A DNA stretch of 29,485 nucleotides from assembly GCA_018920255.1 (NCBI GenBank), contig JAHLMR010000007.1, positions 1 through 29,485 on the forward strand, in the 5' to 3' direction. The notes under the pieces were generated by a model. That model saw only the letters and a program-made list of their open reading frames with translations. It made no database searches and was not told where the DNA came from. The translations under genes were made by a program, and so were the position numbers. The DNA is from Candidatus Aenigmatarchaeota archaeon (GTDB taxonomy: Archaea; Aenigmatarchaeota; Aenigmatarchaeia; Aenigmatarchaeales; JAHLMR01). Below, piece after piece: positions 8,108-16,566 of the stretch (its first letter is position 1; each line of letters starts with the position of its first letter).

Positions 8108-8138
8108 ACTCCCCTGGGGCTCCAAAGAGGTGCTTAAA

Positions 8139-8447
8139 ATGCCGGAATACATATGTTTTGTGAAAAAGAATAATGTAAAAAAAGCTGAAGAAAAATTAAG
8201 AAAGGATTTTGATATTGCAGCAAAGCAATCAATAACAATTCGTGATAACATATCATTAGGAATAAAAATTCAAGAAGAAGGAAGTTTCTTTTATATTCGT
8301 GGTACTGAAGAGGGTATATTAAGATGTAAAGAACTTATTAAAGAATTTGTGTTTGAGTTAAAAAATGAAATTTTAAATGAAGCAAAAAACAAAATATTAG
8401 AGGAAGAAGAAAAGGCAACAACAGGATTTGGAGGAATATTTGGGTAG
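8139..8447 (+). CDS. Small hypothetical protein with ribosomal-stalk-like acidic C-terminal tail
   Basis: GAGGTG SD then ATG at 8139. Sequence runs MPEYICFV...EEEEKATTGFGGIFG*. See findings. Confidence 0.6.
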   Translation: MPEYICFVKKNNVKKAEEKLRKDFDIAAKQSITIRDNISLGIKIQEEGSFFYIRGTEEGILRCKELIKEFVFELKNEILNEAKNKILEEEEKATTGFGGIFG

Positions 8448-8457
8448 AGGTGAAATT

Positions 8458-8715
8458 ATGACAGCAAAAGTTGCATTATTTACTATAGGCGCAACAAGAC
8501 AAACAATAGAAAATACAATTGATAAATTAGTTAAAGTAAATGGATATGTAGGAAAATATAATAATATACAAAGATTATTAGAAGATGCTAGATTAGGAAA
8601 AATGAGTCATGTAGTAATTAGCCACCCAGATGCATTAGATAATGTAACAGTAAAACAATTAAAAGAATTAAATATTATTATAATCACATTTAAAGAATTA
8701 GATAGAATTTTATAA
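8458..8715 (+). CDS. Hypothetical protein (85 aa)
   Basis: GAGGTGA SD 5 nt upstream of ATG 8458; MTAKVALFTIGATRQ... No secure motif. Confidence 0.5.
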   Translation: MTAKVALFTIGATRQTIENTIDKLVKVNGYVGKYNNIQRLLEDARLGKMSHVVISHPDALDNVTVKQLKELNIIIITFKELDRIL

Positions 8716-8716
8716 A

Positions 8717-8874
8717 GCGCCATTGGTCTAGTGGTAGGATAGGAGCTTCCCAAGCTCTTGGCCTGGGTTCAAAGAACCTTCTTTCTTAAAGAAAGAAGGT
8801 TCATCAAGAAAGACAAATTTTCTTGATGCAACTTCTTTTTTAAAGAAGTTGCGGGATTCCCAGATGGCGCACCA
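8717..8874 (+). tRNA. tRNA-Gly(CCC) with 84-nt T-loop insertion, CCA encoded
   Basis: GCGCCAT-TG-GTCT-AGTGGTA-GGAT-A-GGAGC-TTCCCAA-GCTCT-TGGC-CTGGG-TTCAAA[84 nt]T-CCCAG-ATGGCGC-A-CCA. Confidence 0.85.
8774..8857 (+). other. T-loop intervening sequence of tRNA-Gly(CCC), 84 nt, three hairpin modules
   Basis: Modules: GAACCTTCTTTC-TTAAA-GAAAGAAGGTTC; ATCAAGAAA-GACAAA-TTTTCTTGAT; GCAACTTCTTT-TTT-AAAGAAGTTGC. It ends with GGG-AT before the 3' exon. Confidence 0.7.
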
Positions 8875-8877
8875 TTA

Positions 8878-9798
8878 ATGTTTATATTTAGATTTTTAAA
8901 TTATTTTATTATGAATAAAAGAGAGTTATTTTTATCAGATTTAGCATTAAAACTTTTTGGAAAATGTGTTGAAAAAAATAAAAAAATATTTCAAAATTTT
9001 CGTGCTGCAATTGTTTCATCTGGAATAGAAATTCTTTCAGTAACATATATTTCATGTATGCTTTTATATCTTTGTATAGCTCCATTTATTTCTTTAATTT
9101 TTTCAACGTTTATAATTTTTGTATTAAAATTTATAATAATAAATTGGTTAGTTGATATTTTAATTTACATACTTATATTTGAAATTTTAACATTTTTGAT
9201 ATTTTTTAGTTACCCATATATAAAAATGTCAAATAACACTGCAGAAATAGATAGCAATCTTCCATTTGCTTTAATACATATGCAAACAATTGCTGAAAGT
9301 GGAGCACCACCTATTGTTATTTTTAAACTTTTATCAAACTTTAAGGAATATGGTTATCTTTCTAAAGAATTTCAAAAAATTTCAAGAAATATAGAAATGT
9401 TTGGAATGGATAATATCTCAGCTATAAGAGATGTAATGTTAAAAACTCCATCATCGAATCTTAAAGATATTTTATCTGGAATGATTACAACTATTCAATC
9501 TGGAGGAAAGCTTTCACAATATATTTCTGAAAGAGCTGAACAAATGTTATTTGAATATAAACTCTCAAGAAGAAAATATGAAGAGACACTTACTGCATAT
9601 GCAGATATTTATACTGTAGTATTAATAGCTGCTCCACTTATGCTTGTTATAGTATTAACTATTATTGCAACTATAGGAGGAAATGTTTTTGGTATTCCCC
9701 CAAATTTGCTTATTATAATAAGTGTTTATGGAATAGTTCCATCATTAAATTTAATATTTTTAATTTTTTTACTTATTACTCAACCTAAAGGTGGATAA
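8878..9798 (+). CDS. FlaJ/TadC/PilC-like type IV filament platform membrane protein (T2SS-F domain), part 1
   Basis: LPFALIHMQTIAESGAPPIVIFKLLSN plus multiple TM helices. The true start may be MNKRELF at 8911. Confidence 0.7.
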   Translation: MFIFRFLNYFIMNKRELFLSDLALKLFGKCVEKNKKIFQNFRAAIVSSGIEILSVTYISCMLLYLCIAPFISLIFSTFIIFVLKFIIINWLVDILIYILIFEILTFLIFFSYPYIKMSNNTAEIDSNLPFALIHMQTIAESGAPPIVIFKLLSNFKEYGYLSKEFQKISRNIEMFGMDNISAIRDVMLKTPSSNLKDILSGMITTIQSGGKLSQYISERAEQMLFEYKLSRRKYEETLTAYADIYTVVLIAAPLMLVIVLTIIATIGGNVFGIPPNLLIIISVYGIVPSLNLIFLIFLLITQPKGG

Positions 9799-9801
9799 AA
9801 A

Positions 9802-10572
9802 ATGAATAAACTATATATAATAACAAGTATAATAGGGTGTATAATTTTTTCTATAAATGTAATTTATTTTTTAAATTATCAAAAAATTTTTACTATAATA
9901 AACATTATTGCAATTTTAATTTTATTTGGAATTCCAATATTTTCAAAATATTATAGTTTTTTAAAAGTAAAAAATATAGAAAAATATTTTCCTCTTTGGT
10001 TAGGTGATGTTTCACGAAATATTAGAAGCGGTATGACTCTTTCTCAAGCAATAGTAAAAACAAAAGAAAACAGATATGGAAATTTTTCAAAAATTTTAAA
10101 ACACGCAGCAATACAAATTGACTGGGGTGTTTCCTTTTCAAAAATTTTAGAAGAAATTAAAATAAAATGTAAAAGTGAAGTTATCTCTCAGGCGCTTTTA
10201 ACTATAGAGGAAGCATATAAAAGTGGTGGTAAAATAGCAGAAACTTTAGAAAGGGTTGAAAAAAATATTAATGAAATTAACAAACTTAAAGAAGAAAGAT
10301 ACTCAACAATATATTCACAAGTAATAACTGGCTATATAATTTTTATTATATTTTTAGTTGTAATTTATATAATGAAAACGCAATTATTACCAATGCTTTC
10401 AAATCTTTCATCTGAAACAAACATTTCTAACTATATTATACACCTCACAATTATTCAGGCAGTTTTTTCAGGAATAATTATTGGAAAACTATCAGAAGGT
10501 AAAATTATTTCTGGTTTAAAGCACAGTCTTATTTTATTTATCATGAGCTATGGAATTTTTGGATTATTATGA
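9802..10572 (+). CDS. FlaJ/TadC/PilC-like platform membrane protein (T2SS-F domain), part 2
   Basis: RSGMTLSQAIVKT...TIEEAYKSGGKIAETLERV plus TM helices. It starts 3 nt after the previous gene. Confidence 0.65.
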   Translation: MNKLYIITSIIGCIIFSINVIYFLNYQKIFTIINIIAILILFGIPIFSKYYSFLKVKNIEKYFPLWLGDVSRNIRSGMTLSQAIVKTKENRYGNFSKILKHAAIQIDWGVSFSKILEEIKIKCKSEVISQALLTIEEAYKSGGKIAETLERVEKNINEINKLKEERYSTIYSQVITGYIIFIIFLVVIYIMKTQLLPMLSNLSSETNISNYIIHLTIIQAVFSGIIIGKLSEGKIISGLKHSLILFIMSYGIFGLL

Positions 10573-10605
10573 TAATTTAAATAAAAGAAATTTATAATTT
10601 TTATT

Positions 10606-11013
10606 ATGCGTGGAATAAATATTTTAGTTTCACATACATTATATTTAGCAATTTCATTTGGTCTTTTATCAGCATTATTTGGAGCATATATTTATACAAC
10701 ATATAATTGGGAAAACAATTTAAAAAATGAAGAATTAAAAGAAGTTGCATATTCTATAAAATCTCAAATATCTGACTTATCAACATATTATTTTGATAAT
10801 TTTACAATTGAAAAAAGATTGAATATAAAAAATTATATTGGAAATAAACAATATAAAATAGAATTTAAGAATAAGACAATAAAAATTTCTCAAGATGATA
10901 ATTTTGTAGAAGTAAATGTTTCTAATGATTTTGAATTAACTGGTGTTGCTTTTGCTCCAGCAAAGATAATTTATAAGTTTCCTGAAAAAACAATAGAAAT
11001 AAAAGGTGTATGA
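10606..11013 (+). CDS. Putative pilin-like protein
   Basis: MRG|INILVSHTLYLAISFGLLSALFGAYIY resembles a class III signal peptide. Confidence 0.5.
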   Translation: MRGINILVSHTLYLAISFGLLSALFGAYIYTTYNWENNLKNEELKEVAYSIKSQISDLSTYYFDNFTIEKRLNIKNYIGNKQYKIEFKNKTIKISQDDNFVEVNVSNDFELTGVAFAPAKIIYKFPEKTIEIKGV

Positions 11014-11695
11014 TTTGACAGATATTGATTATATTGTTTCATTTGCAGTATTTTTATCAGTGTTTATTGTATTTTTTTCTATTTTAGGAAATTTACTTGA
11101 AGCAAGATCAGATTTTACAAAAGATAAATTAATAGAAAATGAACTTAACATAATTTCAAATAATCTTAAACAAACTTCATTATTTAATAATGTTTATTAT
11201 GCAAAAATAAGATTAGCAGAAATTGGTAGTTTTCAACATAATGAAAATTTAAGTTTAAAAATTGATTTTAATATTTTTCCAGAAAATTTAAAGGTTTATG
11301 ATAACAAATTTTCTATAGTTCCGTTTGTATATGAAAATAATATATTAAATATTTCTAATAATTTTTTAGAAAATGAAGAAAAATATTATTTTTTAATTTG
11401 GACAAACGATGCTAAAATAAATAATTTTGAATGTTTAGATTGTAAAGATAAATTTATAACTTCAAGCATAATTTTTTCTGATTATTGTTTTTTAAGGGTT
11501 GCAAATTTTGAAAGTTTTAATTATACAAAAATAAAAAATGAGTTAAATATAGATCATAACTTTAACTTATTAGTAGACAATAAAAAATATGGACCAGAAA
11601 CATATAAAATACAACACTATGGATATCTTAATATTTTTTATTTAAATGAAAATTATGAAATTGAAAATAAAATAATAAAAATAGGTGTTTGGTAA
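11006..11695 (+). CDS. Hypothetical N-terminally anchored protein in the pilus operon
   Basis: The GTG/TTG start overlaps the upstream stop. N-terminal hydrophobic helix IVSFAVFLSVFIVFFSIL. Confidence 0.5.
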   Translation: MYDLTDIDYIVSFAVFLSVFIVFFSILGNLLEARSDFTKDKLIENELNIISNNLKQTSLFNNVYYAKIRLAEIGSFQHNENLSLKIDFNIFPENLKVYDNKFSIVPFVYENNILNISNNFLENEEKYYFLIWTNDAKINNFECLDCKDKFITSSIIFSDYCFLRVANFESFNYTKIKNELNIDHNFNLLVDNKKYGPETYKIQHYGYLNIFYLNENYEIENKIIKIGVW

Positions 11696-12033
11696 TGCAT
11701 TTTAGTTTAGAAACATTTATTTCAGTTGCAATTTTACTTACTTTTATAGTATATATTTATCAACCGCCTGTATGGCAACCTGAAAATGAAATTGAATCTG
11801 TTTTAATATGTATTAAAAATTTAGATTTACAAGGAAAAATAAGAGAAAATGTTTTAAATGAAAATTATGAAGAAATAAAAAAGAATATTCTATTATGTGT
11901 AAAAACTGGTATTGATATTGATTTAAAGATAAACTCTGAATGTAATGGAGAAAAGAAAATTACATATTATATTTATGGAAACAATGAAATTGTTTTACCA
12001 AAAAGTATAAATGTTTGTATAAGAAAATTATAG
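11695..12033 (+). CDS. Putative small pilin-like protein
   Basis: TAATG stop-start overlap. MHFSLETFISVAILLTFIVYIY is a prepilin-like N-terminus. Confidence 0.5.
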   Translation: MHFSLETFISVAILLTFIVYIYQPPVWQPENEIESVLICIKNLDLQGKIRENVLNENYEEIKKNILLCVKTGIDIDLKINSECNGEKKITYYIYGNNEIVLPKSINVCIRKL

Positions 12034-12041
12034 GTGAAAAA

Positions 12042-12602
12042 ATGAAAGCACAAATATTTATGACATTTACAACACTTTTTATTGTTTTTACTCTTATATT
12101 ATATATAAATTGGTTTAATGAAATTTATATTCCAGAAAAATCTCTTAATAAATTTTATATTGAAAATTTTAAGACAGAAATTTATAATTTAGTTGAAACC
12201 TCAATTTTAAATTCAAAGGTTGAAGAAAATGTAAATAAATTTTTAATTTTTATTTTAAATGACATACAAAGAAATAAAATAAAAATTAATGCTGTTTATT
12301 GTTTTGTAAATGAAACTGATATAACAGTAGGAAATTTTTTAGAAAAATCTGAAAATTTTAGTATAAAAATTTATGATAATTTTGGTGAAAGAATTCATGA
12401 TTTTGGATATATAGAAAATTTTTCATCAAAATCTAAAAGTATAACACCAAATGGAAATTATATTATAAATGTATTATACAATAATGAAAGTTTTAATTTT
12501 TCTGGTAGTGAAAACGAAATTGTTTTTAGTATAAAAATTTATGAAAGCTCAATGTATGAGCAAGGAAGTCTAATATTAAATGTTAAAAGATATAAAAAGT
12601 AA
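12042..12602 (+). CDS. Putative pilin-like protein
   Basis: AGGTGA SD followed by ATG at 12042. MKA|QIFMTFTTLFIVFTLILYI fits the K-A/G cleavage pattern. Confidence 0.5.
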   Translation: MKAQIFMTFTTLFIVFTLILYINWFNEIYIPEKSLNKFYIENFKTEIYNLVETSILNSKVEENVNKFLIFILNDIQRNKIKINAVYCFVNETDITVGNFLEKSENFSIKIYDNFGERIHDFGYIENFSSKSKSITPNGNYIINVLYNNESFNFSGSENEIVFSIKIYESSMYEQGSLILNVKRYKK

Positions 12603-12634
12603 ATTTTTTAAGTATTGCATTTAAGGTATAATTT

Positions 12635-13198
12635 ATGAAAAAAATATTGATTTTATTTATAATAATTGTAATTTTTATAGGAGGGTGTGTTAATAATAGT
12701 GAAGATAGATTTCACAAATATTTAGATAATAATAAACTTACCTTTAGATCTGATTTAAAAGAAGCAGAAAAAATACCTATATTTATAAATGAAACTAGTT
12801 GTAAATATTTTCTTTATCCTGAAATACAATATACATATATTAATATAGCATTTATACCAAATGAAACTGAAAATTCATTTTATGCAGTAACAGGTAGTGA
12901 AATTGGAAAATATGTAATAATTTATAGATATTTTTATAATTTTACTCCAGAAATAAAAGTTGTACAAGTAAACTCTTCAAAGGAAGCTGCAAATTTAGTT
13001 GACTCTGAAAATATAGTAATTCTGCTTTTAGGACCATCACAAACAAATAGAACTGGAGTCTCATTTTATAATAATTTTGTTATAATAGAAGGTAAAGATT
13101 TAAGTGAAACTAATAGAACATGGACTGATTTGGATTTAGCATTTGATAAATTTTTACTTTGTGTTCTTGAAGAAGCAAATAAATATATTAAGAAATAA
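12635..13198 (+). CDS. Putative lipoprotein/secreted protein
   Basis: MKKILILFIIIVIFIGGC is a lipobox-like signal. No other motif. Confidence 0.55.
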   Translation: MKKILILFIIIVIFIGGCVNNSEDRFHKYLDNNKLTFRSDLKEAEKIPIFINETSCKYFLYPEIQYTYINIAFIPNETENSFYAVTGSEIGKYVIIYRYFYNFTPEIKVVQVNSSKEAANLVDSENIVILLLGPSQTNRTGVSFYNNFVIIEGKDLSETNRTWTDLDLAFDKFLLCVLEEANKYIKK

Positions 13199-14312
13199 TA
13201 TATGAAAGAACAACAGAAGCATATGAACCAGGAGGTAAAATAAAACTTATTTTTGCTTTTAATTTTCCTTTGTTTATTTCATCTTCAGAAATTTCTATAA
13301 TTTTTAATTCTTTTGGAATCAATAAAATATTTCTTTCAGAACCCGTACATGCAAGTTCTGGCATGGATTTCATTTTAAAATCTTCTAATTTTATATTATT
13401 TTTTTCTAATTCTTTTATTAATTCATAATGAAATAAATTATCTTTATTTAATATTGTGTTATACCCTGGGAGAGGAAGTTTATCATTTATTTTTGCATTT
13501 TTCCATATTCTACTAACAACATTATTCCATATTTCTGATTGGACAGCATTAATAAATATCTTTCTTAATCTTTTTGGTATTCTTCTTAATGCTCCTGCAA
13601 AATCATTTTTATTTTTCATAAGATAATCTAACATGGACCTTTCCCATTTTAATCTTTTAGGAAATAATTTTAAAGAATCTGAAAAATTTTTTTGCTCCCA
13701 ATTTTTAGCTAACCAATTTCTTGCTTTTTTTGCATCTTCAGGTTCATTTTCAAAAACTTTTGTTAAATATATTTTTACTGCATTTTCAAAATCTGATTTA
13801 AGCATAGCTTTTCCAACTTCTGCTGTTATTGGTCTTACTTCTCCAAATCTTTGTGGTCCAAAAAAATTTGGAATTCCTTTTTCAAGATTCTTAAAAATAC
13901 TAATTAGTTTTCTTTCTAATTCGTTTTTTTCATCTTTTATATCTCTTATAGTAATAATAAACTTATTTCCTTTAATCATTCCTAAATTTAATCTTTCCGA
14001 GCTTTGTTTGTAAAATGTTATTTTCATATCTTTTAATTTTAAATTTTCAAGTTGTTCTTTAGAAACTTTCCAAACAGAAACAAATTGTTTTGTTACAGCT
14101 CTTTTATCTTTCGTTCCTGCTATTCCAAATCTCTTTTTACTGACTTTAAGAGCTTTAGCTATTCTTAAAATTGCTTGTGTTGTCTCCCAATTAAATTTTT
14201 CTAATATAAAAATTGAATATTCTCCATTTTTATCTTCTTTTATATCCATTGGTATTTCTTCAACATAAAAATCTTCTATTCTTTGTCTTAATTTTCCATT
14301 TATTTTTTCCAT
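13188..14312 (-). CDS. truD: tRNA pseudouridine synthase TruD/Pus7 family
   Basis: FGIAGTKDKRAVTKQ is the TruD catalytic Asp motif; size and layout fit. Confidence 0.8.
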   Translation of the reverse strand: MEKINGKLRQRIEDFYVEEIPMDIKEDKNGEYSIFILEKFNWETTQAILRIAKALKVSKKRFGIAGTKDKRAVTKQFVSVWKVSKEQLENLKLKDMKITFYKQSSERLNLGMIKGNKFIITIRDIKDEKNELERKLISIFKNLEKGIPNFFGPQRFGEVRPITAEVGKAMLKSDFENAVKIYLTKVFENEPEDAKKARNWLAKNWEQKNFSDSLKLFPKRLKWERSMLDYLMKNKNDFAGALRRIPKRLRKIFINAVQSEIWNNVVSRIWKNAKINDKLPLPGYNTILNKDNLFHYELIKELEKNNIKLEDFKMKSMPELACTGSERNILLIPKELKIIEISEDEINKGKLKAKISFILPPGSYASVVLSYIIS

Positions 14313-15106
14313 TATAGCTCAACCATACTTACTGTAAGACAATCTCTTATTCCTAACGCAAGTCCTAAAATTAGAATGATAAATTTTAAAAAATTTTTAA
14401 AGTTTTGATTATCTGCATATTTATCTATTAGTAAAAGAGATAACCAAACAACTATTAGCTTAAGTGGAAACATTATCCATGCCCCAAAATTTGAAATAAG
14501 AAAAGAAGGTAAAACATGCTGTTCATAGTATCCAAAATAGGTAAGTGCGGTATAAGTTGAAGATGCATCAAAAAGGTGTGCGAAAATTATTGATGCATTT
14601 ATTTTTGATAATAAATTTAACTTTAAAAGAAAAAGAATAAAAATCAAACAAAACATTGAAAATAAAAAAACATAATAAAGACTTAGTGGATTTGTAATTT
14701 TTGTAATTGATAGATTGTAAAAACAAAATATTAAACCTGTTCCAAATAAAATTTTATAGTATTTTATTTTAAATTTTTTTTCAGTTAAAATGGAAATTAA
14801 AAATGTTATAAAAACTAATATAAAAATTATAAAATATATTGGTGGACTACACCACCACCAAGCATTATTTGAATATATACCAGCCCCATGATCTTTTAAT
14901 GCTCTTGTCCAACCACCATATATTATAAATGGAATAAAACCTATGAAAAAATATTTATCTATTTTTATTTTTAATTTATTTATTACTTTATAAATTCCTA
15001 GTGCAAAAATACAGAGAATTAAACCATATAATAAAGTTGCTTCTAAAGTATAGTAGTGACATAGAGGATTAATAAATTTTTCATATATATAAGAATTTAT
15101 ATCCAT
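14312..15106 (-). CDS. Multi-pass membrane protein (possibly DUF63-like)
   Basis: About 7 hydrophobic segments. The family assignment is from memory only. Confidence 0.5.
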   Translation of the reverse strand: MDINSYIYEKFINPLCHYYTLEATLLYGLILCIFALGIYKVINKLKIKIDKYFFIGFIPFIIYGGWTRALKDHGAGIYSNNAWWWCSPPIYFIIFILVFITFLISILTEKKFKIKYYKILFGTGLIFCFYNLSITKITNPLSLYYVFLFSMFCLIFILFLLKLNLLSKINASIIFAHLFDASSTYTALTYFGYYEQHVLPSFLISNFGAWIMFPLKLIVVWLSLLLIDKYADNQNFKNFLKFIILILGLALGIRDCLTVSMVEL

Positions 15107-15111
15107 TTAAA

Positions 15112-15450
15112 TCACAAAAGTTTTAAATTTCCTGTTATTTCATCTATTTTTTCATCTTCATCTGGTCCTAATCCTAATGCTGTTATTGTACCTGGTTCTA
15201 TTTGAGTTAATCCTTTATCTATTATAATTTCTGATGGTATTTTTTTATTTTCTGCAAGTTTTTTTAAAATTAAAATTTCGTTTTCAGAGCTAACCTTTAC
15301 AACAACTTTTTTCATTCCTTCATTTATCCACTTCTCTCTTTTTTTCTTATCTGATTTAAGAAAAGCAGCTAAACTTGCGTGTGCTGCTTGACTACATAAC
15401 TTTCCTTTTCCCATTTTTAAATCTGTTCTTATAACTATCACTTGTTTCAT
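15112..15450 (-). CDS. pth2: Peptidyl-tRNA hydrolase, archaeal type (Pth2)
   Basis: MKQVIVIRTDLKMGKGKLCSQAAHASLAAF. I moved the start to the internal Met. Confidence 0.88.
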   Translation of the reverse strand: MKQVIVIRTDLKMGKGKLCSQAAHASLAAFLKSDKKKREKWINEGMKKVVVKVSSENEILILKKLAENKKIPSEIIIDKGLTQIEPGTITALGLGPDEDEKIDEITGNLKLL

Positions 15451-15455
15451 TTTTA

Positions 15456-16013
15456 TCACAAAAGCTTTTTGATTGCAATATAAAATCTTTCTATAAAGCA
15501 ATAAAAACTTATTATCGTTACTGCTATTGCAGCATAATAAATATAATTAAACAATAATCCAAAAATAAAAATAGTTAATCTTATTCCTCTCCAACTTATT
15601 TTTTCTCCTATATTTGTTTTTAATAAAAATTCTAATACTGCACTCTCATAACTTGAAATTAAAACAAGTGATAAAAGTACAATTCCTAATAAAATATCAA
15701 CATATCCAGTTAATATAATAGAACCGATTAAAAGAGTGTCAGAAATTCTATCTGAAAATCTATCAAAAAAAACTCCAAAGTTTGTTGTACATTTTTTTAT
15801 TTTTGCTAATGAACCATCTAAAATATCAAAAAAACCAGATAATAAAACAAATAATGCTGCTATTTGGAGATTTTTATTTAAAATAAATAAAGAAGCTATT
15901 AACATTAAAACTATACTAAAAAGAGTTATAAATTTTGGAGATATGTTTATTTTTTTTACAATTTTTATAATGACTTTTCTCTCAAAATTTTCTTTTATAT
16001 TTGAAAGCAGCAT
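15456..16013 (-). CDS. CDP-alcohol phosphatidyltransferase family protein (archaetidyl headgroup synthase type)
   Basis: DILDGSLAKIKKCTTNFGVFFDRFSD matches Dx2DGx2A(R/K)x8Gx3Dx3D. Multi-TM. Confidence 0.8.
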   Translation of the reverse strand: MLLSNIKENFERKVIIKIVKKINISPKFITLFSIVLMLIASLFILNKNLQIAALFVLLSGFFDILDGSLAKIKKCTTNFGVFFDRFSDRISDTLLIGSIILTGYVDILLGIVLLSLVLISSYESAVLEFLLKTNIGEKISWRGIRLTIFIFGLLFNYIYYAAIAVTIISFYCFIERFYIAIKKLL

Positions 16014-16065
16014 AAATTAATTTAAACCGTATGAATTTAAAAAGATAAAAAATATATGAGAAAAT

Positions 16066-16566
16066 ATGATAGATTTATCCTCAATTTTTGCTTTAATAAC
16101 ATCATTTTCTATTAGTTTAGGGTATTTAGGTGCATTTATTTTAGGTTTTTTTAGTAGTTTCACTCTTTTTATACCATCTCCAACATTTATAGGAGTTTTT
16201 ACTCTTGCTGCTTTAGGAACCTATAATCCGCTTTTATTAGGAATTTTTGGTGGATTAGGTGCAACAATAGGAGAATTAATAGGGTTTGTAGTTGGTGTTG
16301 GGAGTAAAAAAATTTTAATAAAAAAATATGAAAAGGAATTAATTGATATTGAAAGAAAATTTCAAAAATATGGTGGGTTTATAATAATTTTTATTTTTTC
16401 TGCAACCCCATTACCATTTGATTTGGTTGGTATTTTTTGCGGAAGTATAGGATATCCATTTAAAAAATTCTTTTTAGCAACATTTTTTGGAAAATTAATA
16501 AAATATATATTTATTGCTTATGCTGGTTTTTATGGTATGCATTGGTTAGTTTCATATCTATTTTAA
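16066..16566 (+). CDS. DedA/VTT (SNARE-associated) family membrane protein
   Basis: Multi-TM; the motif region SATPLPFDLVGIFCGSIGYPFKKF resembles the VTT domain. Confidence 0.5.
   Translation: MIDLSSIFALITSFSISLGYLGAFILGFFSSFTLFIPSPTFIGVFTLAALGTYNPLLLGIFGGLGATIGELIGFVVGVGSKKILIKKYEKELIDIERKFQKYGGFIIIFIFSATPLPFDLVGIFCGSIGYPFKKFFLATFFGKLIKYIFIAYAGFYGMHWLVSYLF

Larger units (their letters stand above)
8012..8124 (+). tRNA. tRNA-Thr(CGU) with extra D-loop and T-loop segments, CCA encoded
   Basis: GCCCCAG-TA-GCTC-[21 nt D-loop]-GAGC-G-GCTGC-CTCGTAA-GCAGC-AGGTC-GGGAG-[31 nt T-loop region]-CTCCC-CTGGGGC-T-CCA. All four stems pair perfectly. Confidence 0.8.

Noticed and set aside
7970-8251. 93-aa ORF on the minus strand
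   Set aside because: It is antisense to tRNA-Thr and to the better-supported plus-strand gene that has an SD.
8458-8715. Possible serine-recombinase N-terminal domain (VALFTIGATRQ...LLEDARLGKMSHVVISHPDAL)
   Set aside because: The spacing is only superficially similar, no catalytic Ser sits in the expected YxRxSxxxQ position, and the protein is too short.
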